From contig CAWCPN010000002.1 of assembly GCA_963797495.1 (NCBI GenBank), positions 3,815,880 through 3,879,879 of the forward strand: a stretch of 64,000 nt of DNA. Direction: 5' to 3'. The DNA comes from an uncultured Acidobacteriota bacterium. GTDB taxonomy: Bacteria > Acidobacteriota > Thermoanaerobaculia > UBA5066 > Gp7-AA6. The position numbers were made by a program, and so were the translations under genes. Under the pieces are notes generated by a model. That model was not told where the DNA came from, made no database searches, and worked only from the letters and a program-made list of their open reading frames with translations. Position 1 is the stretch's first letter, and every line of letters starts with the position of its first letter. This document shows, piece after piece, positions 23,514-32,614 of the stretch.

Positions 23514-23993
23514 GTGAGCCTGCAACCGGCCACGCGGGAGGCGGGGATGGCCCCGGACCTCCTGCAGCGCCTGCGGAAACGCCTCGCCGACTCGCCCGCC
23601 CTGGGTTGGCTGTCCCCGAGCCTCGATGAGCTCGGTCCGGACACCTGCGTGCTTTCCCTGCCGCTGCGCGAGTCGGTGACCAACGGGTCGGGGACGGTTC
23701 ACGGAGGCGTGCTCGCCATGCTGGCGGACACGGCGGTGGCGTTCGCCCTCGCCACGAATTTTGACGGCAAGATGGGGTTCGCGACCGCAGACATGACGAT
23801 TCACTTTCTGCGACGGGCACGGGGCGACGTCCGGGCCCGGGCGCGGATCATCAAGAAAGGACAGCGCGTCAACGTAGGAGAAGTGGAAATCGTGGACGGT
23901 TCCGGGCGTGAAGTCGCTCGGGCCCTCGCGACGTTTCTGCTGACCACCTCCTCCTTCGAGTACGCGCCGGAAAGGAAACAGGACAAATCATGA
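23514..23993 (+). CDS. PaaI-family hotdog thioesterase
   Basis: NGSGTVHGGVLAMLADTA; TIHFLR. Confidence 0.9.
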   Translation: MSLQPATREAGMAPDLLQRLRKRLADSPALGWLSPSLDELGPDTCVLSLPLRESVTNGSGTVHGGVLAMLADTAVAFALATNFDGKMGFATADMTIHFLRRARGDVRARARIIKKGQRVNVGEVEIVDGSGREVARALATFLLTTSSFEYAPERKQDKS

Positions 23994-24931
23994 TGGACGA
24001 ATCCGCTCCGTTCCCGGCGGCCGAAGCCGCCGAGACGGACAGAAAACCTTCGCGCCGGAGGCGCGGCGGGGCGCGGCGGCACAAGCCGACCTTTCCCGTG
24101 CCCGCGGAGGAGCCCGCGCCCGCGGCGGCGGCCCCGGTTTCGCCCGCCGCGCCGTCGACGATGAGCGTCAGCTCCGGACCGCCAGCCCGCACGAGCGTCG
24201 ACCAGCGCCTTTCTCTCTTCATCGACTTCGAGAACATCGCCCTGGGCGTCCGCGATGCCCAATACAAGAAATTCGACATCCATCTCGTGCTCCAGCGGCT
24301 CATCGAGAAGGGCCGAATCGTCTTCAAGAAGGCCTATGCCGACTGGACCCGGTACTCGGAGTACAAGCGCGAATTTCACGAGGCGGCCATCGAGCTGATC
24401 GACATTCCCCAGCGAAACTACTCGGCCAAGAACTCGGCCGACATCCGGATGGTGGTCGACGCGATGGACCTCGTCGCCTCCAAGGGCCACATCACGACCT
24501 TCGTCATCTGCTCGGGGGACTCGGACTTCTCCCCGCTGGTGTCCAAGCTCAAGGAGAACGACAAGAGCGTCATCGGGGTCGGCGTCAAGAACTCCACGTC
24601 GAATCTGCTGATCTCCAACTGCGACGAGTTCATCTTCTACGAGGACCTCGTCCGGGAGACGCGGGCCCTGCCGTCGATCGACAACCTGCCCAAGAAGAAA
24701 CAGGAAGCCTTCCGCCTCGTCCTGGACTCGATCCAGGCCCTGCGCCGCGAAAACTACGACGTGATCTGGGGCTCGATGGTGAAGCAGACGATGCAGCGCA
24801 AGCAGCCGTACTTCAACGAGTCCTATTACGGCTACAAGTCGTTCTCGGAGCTGCTCGAGGATGCCGAGCGGCACGGCATCCTCGCGATGAAGAAGGACGC
24901 CAAGAGCGGAGGGTACGCGGTTTCGGCCTAG
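23990..24931 (+). CDS. NYN (LabA/DUF88) PIN-fold nuclease with C-terminal OST-HTH/LOTUS domain
   Basis: FIDFENI, KNSADIRMVVDAM, SGDSDFSPL, CDEFIFYE; FNESYYGYKSFSELL. Confidence 0.9.
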   Translation: MMDESAPFPAAEAAETDRKPSRRRRGGARRHKPTFPVPAEEPAPAAAAPVSPAAPSTMSVSSGPPARTSVDQRLSLFIDFENIALGVRDAQYKKFDIHLVLQRLIEKGRIVFKKAYADWTRYSEYKREFHEAAIELIDIPQRNYSAKNSADIRMVVDAMDLVASKGHITTFVICSGDSDFSPLVSKLKENDKSVIGVGVKNSTSNLLISNCDEFIFYEDLVRETRALPSIDNLPKKKQEAFRLVLDSIQALRRENYDVIWGSMVKQTMQRKQPYFNESYYGYKSFSELLEDAERHGILAMKKDAKSGGYAVSA

Positions 24932-25881
24932 GGACGGCCGGCCGCGCCGGCGGGGCGCGGCCCTTCCCTGCGGCGGAGGACGATGCGGTCGTTCGATCCG
25001 GCCGGGCCCGAGAGCGACGCCGCGACGCTGAAGTCCACGAAATCCGCGGCTCCCGAGAGGTCCCAGATCAGGTTGCGAAACCCGCGGAGCGAGGCATCCG
25101 GTCCCGGGTGAATGATCCGGGAAAGGGCGTCGGTCCCGCGTCCGGCCGCGTATTCCGGCGAGAGGTAGACGTAGGAAAGGAAGCCGCTCGTGTTGATCCC
25201 GGCCTGGACGAGATAGTCCCGCTCCTGGGATTCGAGCAACAGGTACGTCGTGTCCTTGGGGTTGCGGTGCTGGCCCTCGACGGCCTTCCAGGAGCGCTCG
25301 CGCTGGGGAACCCACGGCGCGTACGGAATGAAGTCGAGGGCGAGGGCGGCCCCGGCGGGCGCGGCCGCCAGCGCATCGGCGACCTGCCTGACGCGCCGAC
25401 CGCCGTCCGGGACCGTCAGATAGCCGGCGCCGGCTCCGCCCCGGCCCGGGTCGGTCAGGGTGACGCCTGCGGCCACGATGTTTCCCGAGCGGTCGGTCTC
25501 CAGGAAGACTTCGCGGAGGGCCGGCCGGGGAGGCGTGCCGGCGATCGTCGTGGTGAGCTTACCTTCCCACCGCCCCGTGAGGTCGAGGGCCCAAGGCTCG
25601 GGAGTGGCGGCGGTCGGCGGCGCGGCGACGGCGGCCTTTCGTGCCGTCCCCGAGCCCCAGACAAGCACTCCGGTGATGACCGCCAGCGCGAGGCCGGCCA
25701 GGATCAGCAGGTACTGCCGGGGGATCGCGGCGAACAGCGAGGCCGGTGTGTTCTGGGGCGGGGAGGGGGGTCTCGGGGCGGCCTGCGCTTCGTGCGGACG
25801 GTCGAGGGACTTCTTGCACTTGAGGCACTTCGCGGCGGGGATCTGGGTGAACCCGCAGTGGGGACAGGTAGCCCAAGCCAT
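24928..25881 (-). CDS. Hypothetical membrane protein: N-terminal zinc ribbon, one TM, extracytoplasmic domain
   Basis: CPHC...CLKC, Pro-rich linker, TM YLLILAGLALAVITGVLVWG; TGcTACCAT just upstream. Confidence 0.7.
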   Translation of the reverse strand: MAWATCPHCGFTQIPAAKCLKCKKSLDRPHEAQAAPRPPSPPQNTPASLFAAIPRQYLLILAGLALAVITGVLVWGSGTARKAAVAAPPTAATPEPWALDLTGRWEGKLTTTIAGTPPRPALREVFLETDRSGNIVAAGVTLTDPGRGGAGAGYLTVPDGGRRVRQVADALAAAPAGAALALDFIPYAPWVPQRERSWKAVEGQHRNPKDTTYLLLESQERDYLVQAGINTSGFLSYVYLSPEYAAGRGTDALSRIIHPGPDASLRGFRNLIWDLSGAADFVDFSVAASLSGPAGSNDRIVLRRREGPRPAGAAGRP

Positions 25882-26076
25882 GGTCCATGGTAGCAGGGCG
25901 GTGCGCGGCCGAGTAGCGCAACGGAGGATCGCGGCGCGGTCCGGCAGCCAGTGTCCGGTCCCGGAAGCCTCCTCGTCAGCCCGCTGCCACGAAGGCTTCC
26001 CCAGGGGTAGCGGCATCCACGGCCCGCGGGCGACTCTCCGCGGTACTCATGGAATCGGAAGTGCCGTGACGCGACA

Positions 26077-27138
26077 CTAGATCTCCCGGAAAAAGAACCG
26101 GTCGAGCACCGACATGCGCTCCCGGAGCTGCTTGGGCTCCGGGTCCATCAGCCAGAGGGCGGCATGGATCGAGGACGCGAGCGAGTTGCCGTCCTGCGGC
26201 GTGAAACAGAATCCGACGACCTCCTTGTCTCCATGGACCGCGATGGTCGGCGACGCCACCACGGCCTGCGACAGGATGCGGCCGTAGTATCCGTGGTCGC
26301 GGCCGAAGGAGAAGATCTGGTTGGAGGAACGGCGCTCCGTCAGGGCGATCCGCCGGTTCGCCTTCAACCGGGCGAGGACCTGATCCTTCGAGGTCGGCTC
26401 CGACAGATCCATGTCGAACCAGAGGGCGTGCATGTACTGGGTGTTCATCTTCATCGCGGAGGAGAAGATGGGCGGCTTCCAGCCGATCGTCGAAAGAAGC
26501 GCCGAGGCGTCGCGGGCATGGTGGGTTCCGAACTCGGCATCGTCGTGCTTCCCGACCGACGGCGCCGGCGCGAAGCCCGAATCCTGAGACACGTCGTTGG
26601 CCCGGCGCATGCACACGAAACGGCCGCGGGTGAGTATGTGCGCGCCCGAATCACTGGTCCCGAGGGTCTTGATGAGACACGAGATGTTGTGCGTGTTGCA
26701 GGAGACGATCTGGAGGAAGCGGTCCTTGCCGGGATCCAGGGCCTCGTCGTTGATTCCCATCGCATACATCTTGCCGAACCCGAACTCGCTGCCCTGCGCG
26801 AGGAAGCCCTTCGGCCCCGAGACCTTCTCGTAGATCTTCTTGTTCTCGTTCCCGGCCGGCGTGCAGTCGATCACGACGGTGGCGCGCTCCAGGGCCGCGC
26901 CGGCCTCGTGGGACACCTTGTGGCCAAGAGCCTCGAAGTCGGCGACCTTGTCCGTGTCGACGGCGAGCCGGGCTCCGCGCGCCATCAGGTGGTTGACCTT
27001 TGCCCGCTCGGTCGTCATCGGGGTGCGCTTGTGAAAGGTGACTTCGTCGACGCCGAGGTGCTTCCCGAAGTCGGTGAAGAGACCGATCAGTGGCTCTCCG
27101 ATCGTGCCCGTACCGACGATGTGGACGATCCTCTTCAT
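26077..27138 (-). CDS. Archaeal-type (class II) glyceraldehyde-3-phosphate dehydrogenase homolog
   Basis: GTGTIG, VIDCTP, QGSE, IVSCNT, RRAND, THH and YMH motifs in the order seen in class II GAPDH; SD caggag. Confidence 0.75.
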   Translation of the reverse strand: MKRIVHIVGTGTIGEPLIGLFTDFGKHLGVDEVTFHKRTPMTTERAKVNHLMARGARLAVDTDKVADFEALGHKVSHEAGAALERATVVIDCTPAGNENKKIYEKVSGPKGFLAQGSEFGFGKMYAMGINDEALDPGKDRFLQIVSCNTHNISCLIKTLGTSDSGAHILTRGRFVCMRRANDVSQDSGFAPAPSVGKHDDAEFGTHHARDASALLSTIGWKPPIFSSAMKMNTQYMHALWFDMDLSEPTSKDQVLARLKANRRIALTERRSSNQIFSFGRDHGYYGRILSQAVVASPTIAVHGDKEVVGFCFTPQDGNSLASSIHAALWLMDPEPKQLRERMSVLDRFFFREI

Positions 27139-27230
27139 CGCGTTCTCCTGTAGGCCGGCGGCGTTAGGGATCAGCTCGGAACGGCGGGAAGGATACGATG
27201 AGACGGTCGATTCGCCAACCGGAGGGCAAC

Positions 27231-27881
27231 GTGACGGGCAGGCTGCGATCGGTGACCTTTGGCGGCCCGGCGGGGGCCCTCGAGGGCCTCTGGAAGGAGG
27301 CGGCGCCGCCGCGCCGCGGCTCCGCGGTGTTCGCCCACCCGCATCCCCTCCACGGCGGCACGCTCCACAACAAGGTCGTCTATCGCGCCGTCCAGGCCCT
27401 GGCGCGATCGGGCTACGAGACCCTGCGGTTCAACTTCCGCGGCGTCGGAGTCTCTCAGGGCCGGCACGACGGCGGAAGCGGCGAGACCGACGACTTCCGC
27501 GCCGCGATGGACGAGGCCGAGCGGACCGTGGGATTACCCATGGCGGCCGGCGGATTCTCTTTCGGTTCGGCGGTCGGGCTCAAGGCCTCGGCGCACGATC
27601 CGCGCGTGGCGACCTTCATCGGCCTGGGCCTGCCGCTGGCGACCGAATCCGGACGCACGATTCCGCTGCCCGACGCGCCGTCGCTGTTTGTCGTCGGCGA
27701 GAACGACCGCTTCGGCCCGCCGGAGCTCCTCGAACGGTTCCTGGAGGGGCGTCACCGAATGGTCGTGATCCCCGGTGCGGACCACTTCTTCGAGGGGCGG
27801 CTCGAGCTGCTGGCCGAGACGATCGTCGGGTTCCTCGCCGGGCTCCCGACGCCGCGGCCGAAGGCGGAGGCGCCGGCGTGA
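27231..27881 (+). CDS. Alpha/beta-fold hydrolase (COG2945-like)
   Basis: HPHPLHGGTLHNKVV, LRFNFRGVG, GFSFG nucleophile elbow, GEND, ADHFF; SD ggagg before the GTG. Confidence 0.9.
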   Translation: MTGRLRSVTFGGPAGALEGLWKEAAPPRRGSAVFAHPHPLHGGTLHNKVVYRAVQALARSGYETLRFNFRGVGVSQGRHDGGSGETDDFRAAMDEAERTVGLPMAAGGFSFGSAVGLKASAHDPRVATFIGLGLPLATESGRTIPLPDAPSLFVVGENDRFGPPELLERFLEGRHRMVVIPGADHFFEGRLELLAETIVGFLAGLPTPRPKAEAPA

Positions 27882-28438
27882 GCGCAGATGCACGGCCCCT
27901 TTCGGAGGCGGGCCGGCAAGAGCTGCTGGGGCTCGCGCGCGGGGCACTCGAAGCCCACTTCCGCGGCGAGCCGCCGCCGCGCCTGGCGTCGGACCGGGCC
28001 GAGGCGTTCGGGCAGGCGCGCGGCCTGTTCGTGACGCTCCGGAAGGCCGGCGAGCTGCGCGGCTGCATCGGAACGCTCGCCGGAGACGGCGACCTGACCC
28101 GCGTGGTTGCGGAGTTCGCTCTGAAGGCGGCGCTCGAGGACCCGCGGTTCGAGCCCCTGGCCGAGGCCGAGCTCGAGAGCGTCCGGCTGGAGATCTCCGT
28201 CCTGACCGCGCCGCAGCCGATCGCCGGTCTCCACGACATCACGATCGGGCGCGACGGGCTGATCCTGGAGAGCCGGGGCCGGCGCGGGCTGCTGCTGCCC
28301 CAGGTCGCCACCGAATGGGGCTTCGATCGGGAACGCTTTGTCGCCGAGCTCTGCCGGAAGGCGGGCCTGCCGCCCGACGGCTGGCGCGATCCGGCGGCGC
28401 GCATCTGGGCCTTCCAGGCCGAGGTCTTTTCCGAATGA
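27878..28438 (+). CDS. amrA: AMMECR1-domain protein (AmmeMemoRadiSam protein A)
   Basis: GLFVTL..LRGCIG, DPRF, LEISVL, GLLLPQVATEW. Confidence 0.92.
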   Translation: MSADARPLSEAGRQELLGLARGALEAHFRGEPPPRLASDRAEAFGQARGLFVTLRKAGELRGCIGTLAGDGDLTRVVAEFALKAALEDPRFEPLAEAELESVRLEISVLTAPQPIAGLHDITIGRDGLILESRGRRGLLLPQVATEWGFDRERFVAELCRKAGLPPDGWRDPAARIWAFQAEVFSE

Positions 28439-28507
28439 AGGGAATCGGTAACCGGCAGAAGAAGGTGGTCGCTCCACGCACGGCTCGCGGCGCAGTGAGG
28501 TCCCCGC

Positions 28508-29266
28508 CTAAGGGCGCCGCAGCCCCGGCGAATAGAGGAGCAGGGCCGTGGCGACCGCGGCGTTCAAAGAGTCGACCGGCTCCCGCATCGGGATCGTGAG
28601 CCGGCGATCGAGGTGGCGGTAGGCGCCTGCCGGAAGGCCGGTCCCTTCGGCGCCGACGACGAGGATCGACTGCGGGTCGAGCGGCGCCTCGAACGGGTTG
28701 TCGCCTCCCGTCGCCGTGGCGCCGCAGATCGGCCGTCCGGCCGCCCGCGCGTCGGCGGCGAAGAGTTCGAAAGCGACGCGACCGGAAACGGGCAGGCGAA
28801 GCACGCTTCCGGCGCTGCCGCGCACGGCGCGCGGGTGGAAAAAGTCGGCCGAGCCGGGTGCGGCGACGACGCCGGCGGCGCCTGCCGCTTCGGCCACGCG
28901 CACGATGGCGCCGAGGTTTCCGGGATCCTGGACCGCGAAAGCGAAGACGACCGGGCCCGGGCGGCCGAGGATCTCCGCGACCGGGACGTCCCGCCGCCGG
29001 GCGACGGCCAGCAGGTGTTGCGGCGTGCGAGCGTCGGCCAGGCGCTCGAGCACCGCGCGCGACACGAGCCGCGGATGCGCGGAGGTCAACGCGGCCAGGC
29101 GGCCGGGCCGCACGCTCTCGTCGTGGAGCAGGTGCTCGAGCGAGATCCCGGCCGCGACGGCGTCGAGGATGGCCTTCTCGCCCTCGAGCAACAGATGCGT
29201 CCGCTCCTCGAGGCGGCGGGCGATTTCGCGGATCAGCGGGTTTGCGGGTGACTCGATCGCCGGCAC
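28508..29266 (-). CDS. TrmH/SpoU family RNA 2'-O-methyltransferase
   Basis: QDPGNLGAIVR, GAEGTGL, IPM...SLNAAVA SPOUT motifs. Confidence 0.92.
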   Translation of the reverse strand: MPAIESPANPLIREIARRLEERTHLLLEGEKAILDAVAAGISLEHLLHDESVRPGRLAALTSAHPRLVSRAVLERLADARTPQHLLAVARRRDVPVAEILGRPGPVVFAFAVQDPGNLGAIVRVAEAAGAAGVVAAPGSADFFHPRAVRGSAGSVLRLPVSGRVAFELFAADARAAGRPICGATATGGDNPFEAPLDPQSILVVGAEGTGLPAGAYRHLDRRLTIPMREPVDSLNAAVATALLLYSPGLRRP

Positions 29267-29293
29267 GGAGGCCCCATGCTATAACCGCGCGCC

Positions 29294-30491
29294 ATGAAGT
29301 GGCTCGGCGCCAAGAGGCTGCTCGTGTCGGTCTCGGAAGCGTCGCCGCCCGCTTCGGCCTGGTCGGCGCTGTGGACCTTCCCGGCGATGATCGGGGCGGC
29401 GTTCGTGGTGGCGTGGGGCGCCGAGGCGGCGGAGTTCCTGATCTCCCAGGGGCTCGCCCTCGCCATTCTCGCGCTCATCCAGACGATGCCGGAGTTCGCC
29501 GTCGAGGCGGTGATCGCCTGGAAGGCCGGAAAGAACCCCGACATGGTTCACCTGGCCATCGCCAACTTCACCGGGAGCCTGCGGCTGCTGACCGGCTTCG
29601 GCTGGCCGATGATCTACGCGGTGGCCGCCTACTTCTCGCGCAAGCGCCGGGGGAAGGCGCTCGGGTCACTCCGTCTCCACGACGAGCATGCCGTCGAGGT
29701 CCTCGGCCTCCTGCCGCCGCTCGCCTACTTCGTGCTGGTCTGGGCGAAGGGGAGCCTGTCGCTTGTGGACGCGGCGGTGCTGACCGCGACCTACGTCGTC
29801 TACCTGTACGTTCTCCTGCGCATGCCTCCGCGCGAAGACACGCGAGGAGGAGAACGAGGAGATCCCGCGGGTCTCGCGCTGGGCGCTGTCCTTTTCCGGC
29901 GGGAAGCGCTGGGCCGCGGTCCTCGGGCTCTTCGCGGCCGGCGGCGTCATCATCTTTCTGGTGGCCGAGCCGTTCCTGAACTCGATGCTCGCGGTCGCGC
30001 TCAGCCTCGGAATCTCCCAGTTCACCTTCATCCAGTGGGTGGCGCCGTTCATCTCCGAATTCCCGGAGAAAACTTCGGCCTTCGTGTGGGCCCGGCGGAT
30101 CACCCGGGCACCAGTCGCTCTCATGAACATGGTGTCGTCGAACATCAATCAGTGGGGAGTCCTCTCGGGCCTGCTCGCGGTCGTCTATTGCTGGAGCCAC
30201 GGCGATACGTCGCCCCTTCCGTTCGACGAGTTCCAGCGCCTGGAAATCCTGCTGACCATTCTGCAGGCGTTCCTCGGCTGGATCTTCCTGGCGTCGATGA
30301 CCCTCGAGGCCTACGAGGCGGCGGGTCTCTTCGTGCTGTGGCTCGTGCAGTTCGTGTTTCCGGCGTCGCGGCATACGATGATCTGGGTGTACGGCGGTTG
30401 GATCGGCCTGGAGCTCTTGCTGGTGGCGGCCGGAAAGAAGAAGATCCGCGCCTTCGAGGCGTTCTCCCGGTCCTGGAAGGGGAAAGGGTGA
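29294..30491 (+). CDS. Na+/Ca2+ exchanger (CaCA) family antiporter, apparent frameshift near 29840
   Basis: Alpha-1 repeat TMPEFAVE..ANFTGS and alpha-2 repeat SEFPEK..SSNINQ lie in different frames; highly hydrophobic. Confidence 0.82.
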
Positions 30492-31679
30492 TGAAACTGC
30501 GTTTCTCACGCCGGATCGCCGCGCTGACTCCCTCCTCCACGACCGCTGCCGGGCGCAAGGCCAAGGCGCTCGGCCGCGACGGGCGTGGACGTCGTCGACC
30601 TCTCGATCGGCGAGCCCGACTTCCCGACGCCGGCATACGTCGGGCGAGCCGGCGTCCGGGCCATCGAGGGCGGTCGGACCAAGTACACCGACGTGGCCGG
30701 CGAGGCAGCTCTGCGGGACGCGATCGCGGCCAAGTACGCACGCGAGCAGGGCGCCACGGTCGCCCGGGAGAACATCATCGTGACCGCCGGCGCGAAGCAG
30801 GCGGTCTTCAACGTGTGCGTGGCCCTGTTCGACGAGGGGGACGAGGTCGCCCTGTTCTCGCCCTACTGGGTGTCGTTTCCCGAGATGGTGCGCCTGGCGG
30901 GGGCGTCGCCGATCTTCGTGCCCACGTCGCTCGACGACGGCTGGCGCGTCACGGCCGCCGGGCTCGACGGCGCCGGGGCGAGCCGCGCGCGGGGAGTCAT
31001 CCTGAATTCGCCGAACAATCCGACCGGAGCCGTGGCCTCCGCCGCGGAGCTCTCGCGAATCGTCGACTGGTGCGCAGCGCGGGACGCGTGGCTCGTCTAC
31101 GACGAAACGTACGACCGGTTTCTCTACGACGGCCGGCCCCACGCGTCGGCGGCGGCGCTCCGGAGCGGCTACGAACGAATCGTCGTCACCGGCGCCGCCT
31201 CCAAGACCTACGCGATGACGGGATGGCGTCTGGGATGGGCCATCGGACCGCGGGAGCTGATCTCGGCCATGACGTCGTACCAGAGCCACACGACATCGAA
31301 CGCCTCGTCGATTTCGCAGGCGGCCGCGCTCGAGGCGTTGACCGACCTGGAGAGCGCGTCGGCGTCCGTGGCGGACATGCTGGAGCACTATTCCTCCCGC
31401 CGGAAGACGATGGTCGAAGGTCTGGCGGCGATCGGCGGGATCCGCTGTCCGATGCCCGAAGGCGCTTTCTACGCATTCGCGGACGTTTCGGCGCTCTACG
31501 AGCGGAAGGGCGTGTCCGGGTCGGCCGGCTTCTGCGACCGGCTCCTCGCCGAGGCGCACGTGGCCGCGGTGCCGGGCGACGCGTTCGGCGACGACCGCTG
31601 CGTGCGTTTTTCCTTCGCGACGAAGTCGGACCGGATCCGGGAAGGCGTGAGCCGGATCGCCGACTGGTCGCGTCGCTGA
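30491..31679 (+). CDS. PLP-dependent aminotransferase class I/II (aspartate aminotransferase-like), apparent frameshift near 30582
   Basis: GEPDF, GAKQA, NSPNNPTG, DETY, SKTYAMTGWRLG; N-terminus MKLRFSRRI in another frame. Confidence 0.9.
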
Positions 31680-31687
31680 CCATTCAG

Positions 31688-32614
31688 TCAGAAGGACCGG
31701 GAAGCGGCGGCGCCGATCGCGACGGGGGACCCGTCCCGCGGTGCCAGGGCCTGCGCGGCCCGGTGGTCGAGAAACTCGAGATAGGAGCCCCAGGTGGCGA
31801 CCCGGACGGCGGCGCGGACACCGAGGACGAGGCACTGGAGCCCCAGCAGAAGGCCGATCGCCGGCCGGGACGCCGCGGGCATCGTCCAAGCCAGGGCGAA
31901 GGCGCCGAGCCAAGCGGCCGCGCCGAGCGCGAGCCAGAAGAGAAAGAGCGCCAGGGCCCGCAGCCACGAGCCCCGGAGGGCACGACCAGCGAAACCGAAG
32001 GCGCGCCAGGCGCCGATGTCCGGGGAGTAGCGGCGCGCGGCGCGGGCGAAGTCGTAGAGTAGCGACAGGACGCCCCAGACCCCGAGTGCGAGAATGGCGA
32101 CGCCCCAGTCCCAGGCCCGGCAGGCCGCCGATCCCGGGACGGCGTCTTCGAAGATCCGCGCCGCCGCTTCGTTCGCGCCCCCGATCAGGGCCGTCAGGAC
32201 GGAGGCGAGCAGAATTGCGAAGACCAGGAAGCATTTGACGTTGTGCCAGAAATTGCGGCGCGCCGGCTCGAAGAACTGGCCGAACGTGAACTGCCCGCGA
32301 CCGAGCACGACCACGATTCCGCCGGCAAGGAACATCTGGAGAACGACCGAGACGGCGGCGCCTCCGTGAGCGCCCTGGACCACGCCGGTGATCGTCCCCC
32401 AGTTCACACGGGCGAAGTCGAAAAAGTCGGTCGGCGCCGCGGTGGGGGCGTTGGCCAGGAAGTGGTCCCCGGCGAGCGTCCGGCCGACGTACTTGTCGAG
32501 GACCGCGTGCAGGGGAGCGACCCCGGCGAGGGCGATCAGCACGGTGGTCCCCGTCAGCAGCAGGATCAGCTTGCCGTGCCGGAGCGCGCCAAAGCCCGCG
32601 GCAAGGCTCCTCAC
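31688..32614 (-). CDS. Hypothetical polytopic membrane protein
   Basis: About 6 hydrophobic segments; GTGA-coupled to the M1 peptidase. Confidence 0.75.
   Translation of the reverse strand: MRSLAAGFGALRHGKLILLLTGTTVLIALAGVAPLHAVLDKYVGRTLAGDHFLANAPTAAPTDFFDFARVNWGTITGVVQGAHGGAAVSVVLQMFLAGGIVVVLGRGQFTFGQFFEPARRNFWHNVKCFLVFAILLASVLTALIGGANEAAARIFEDAVPGSAACRAWDWGVAILALGVWGVLSLLYDFARAARRYSPDIGAWRAFGFAGRALRGSWLRALALFLFWLALGAAAWLGAFALAWTMPAASRPAIGLLLGLQCLVLGVRAAVRVATWGSYLEFLDHRAAQALAPRDGSPVAIGAAASRSF

Noticed and set aside
29294-32062. 922-aa ORF as one fused protein
   Set aside because: It is the antiporter N-terminal half running off-frame after an indel; the real downstream parts are in other frames
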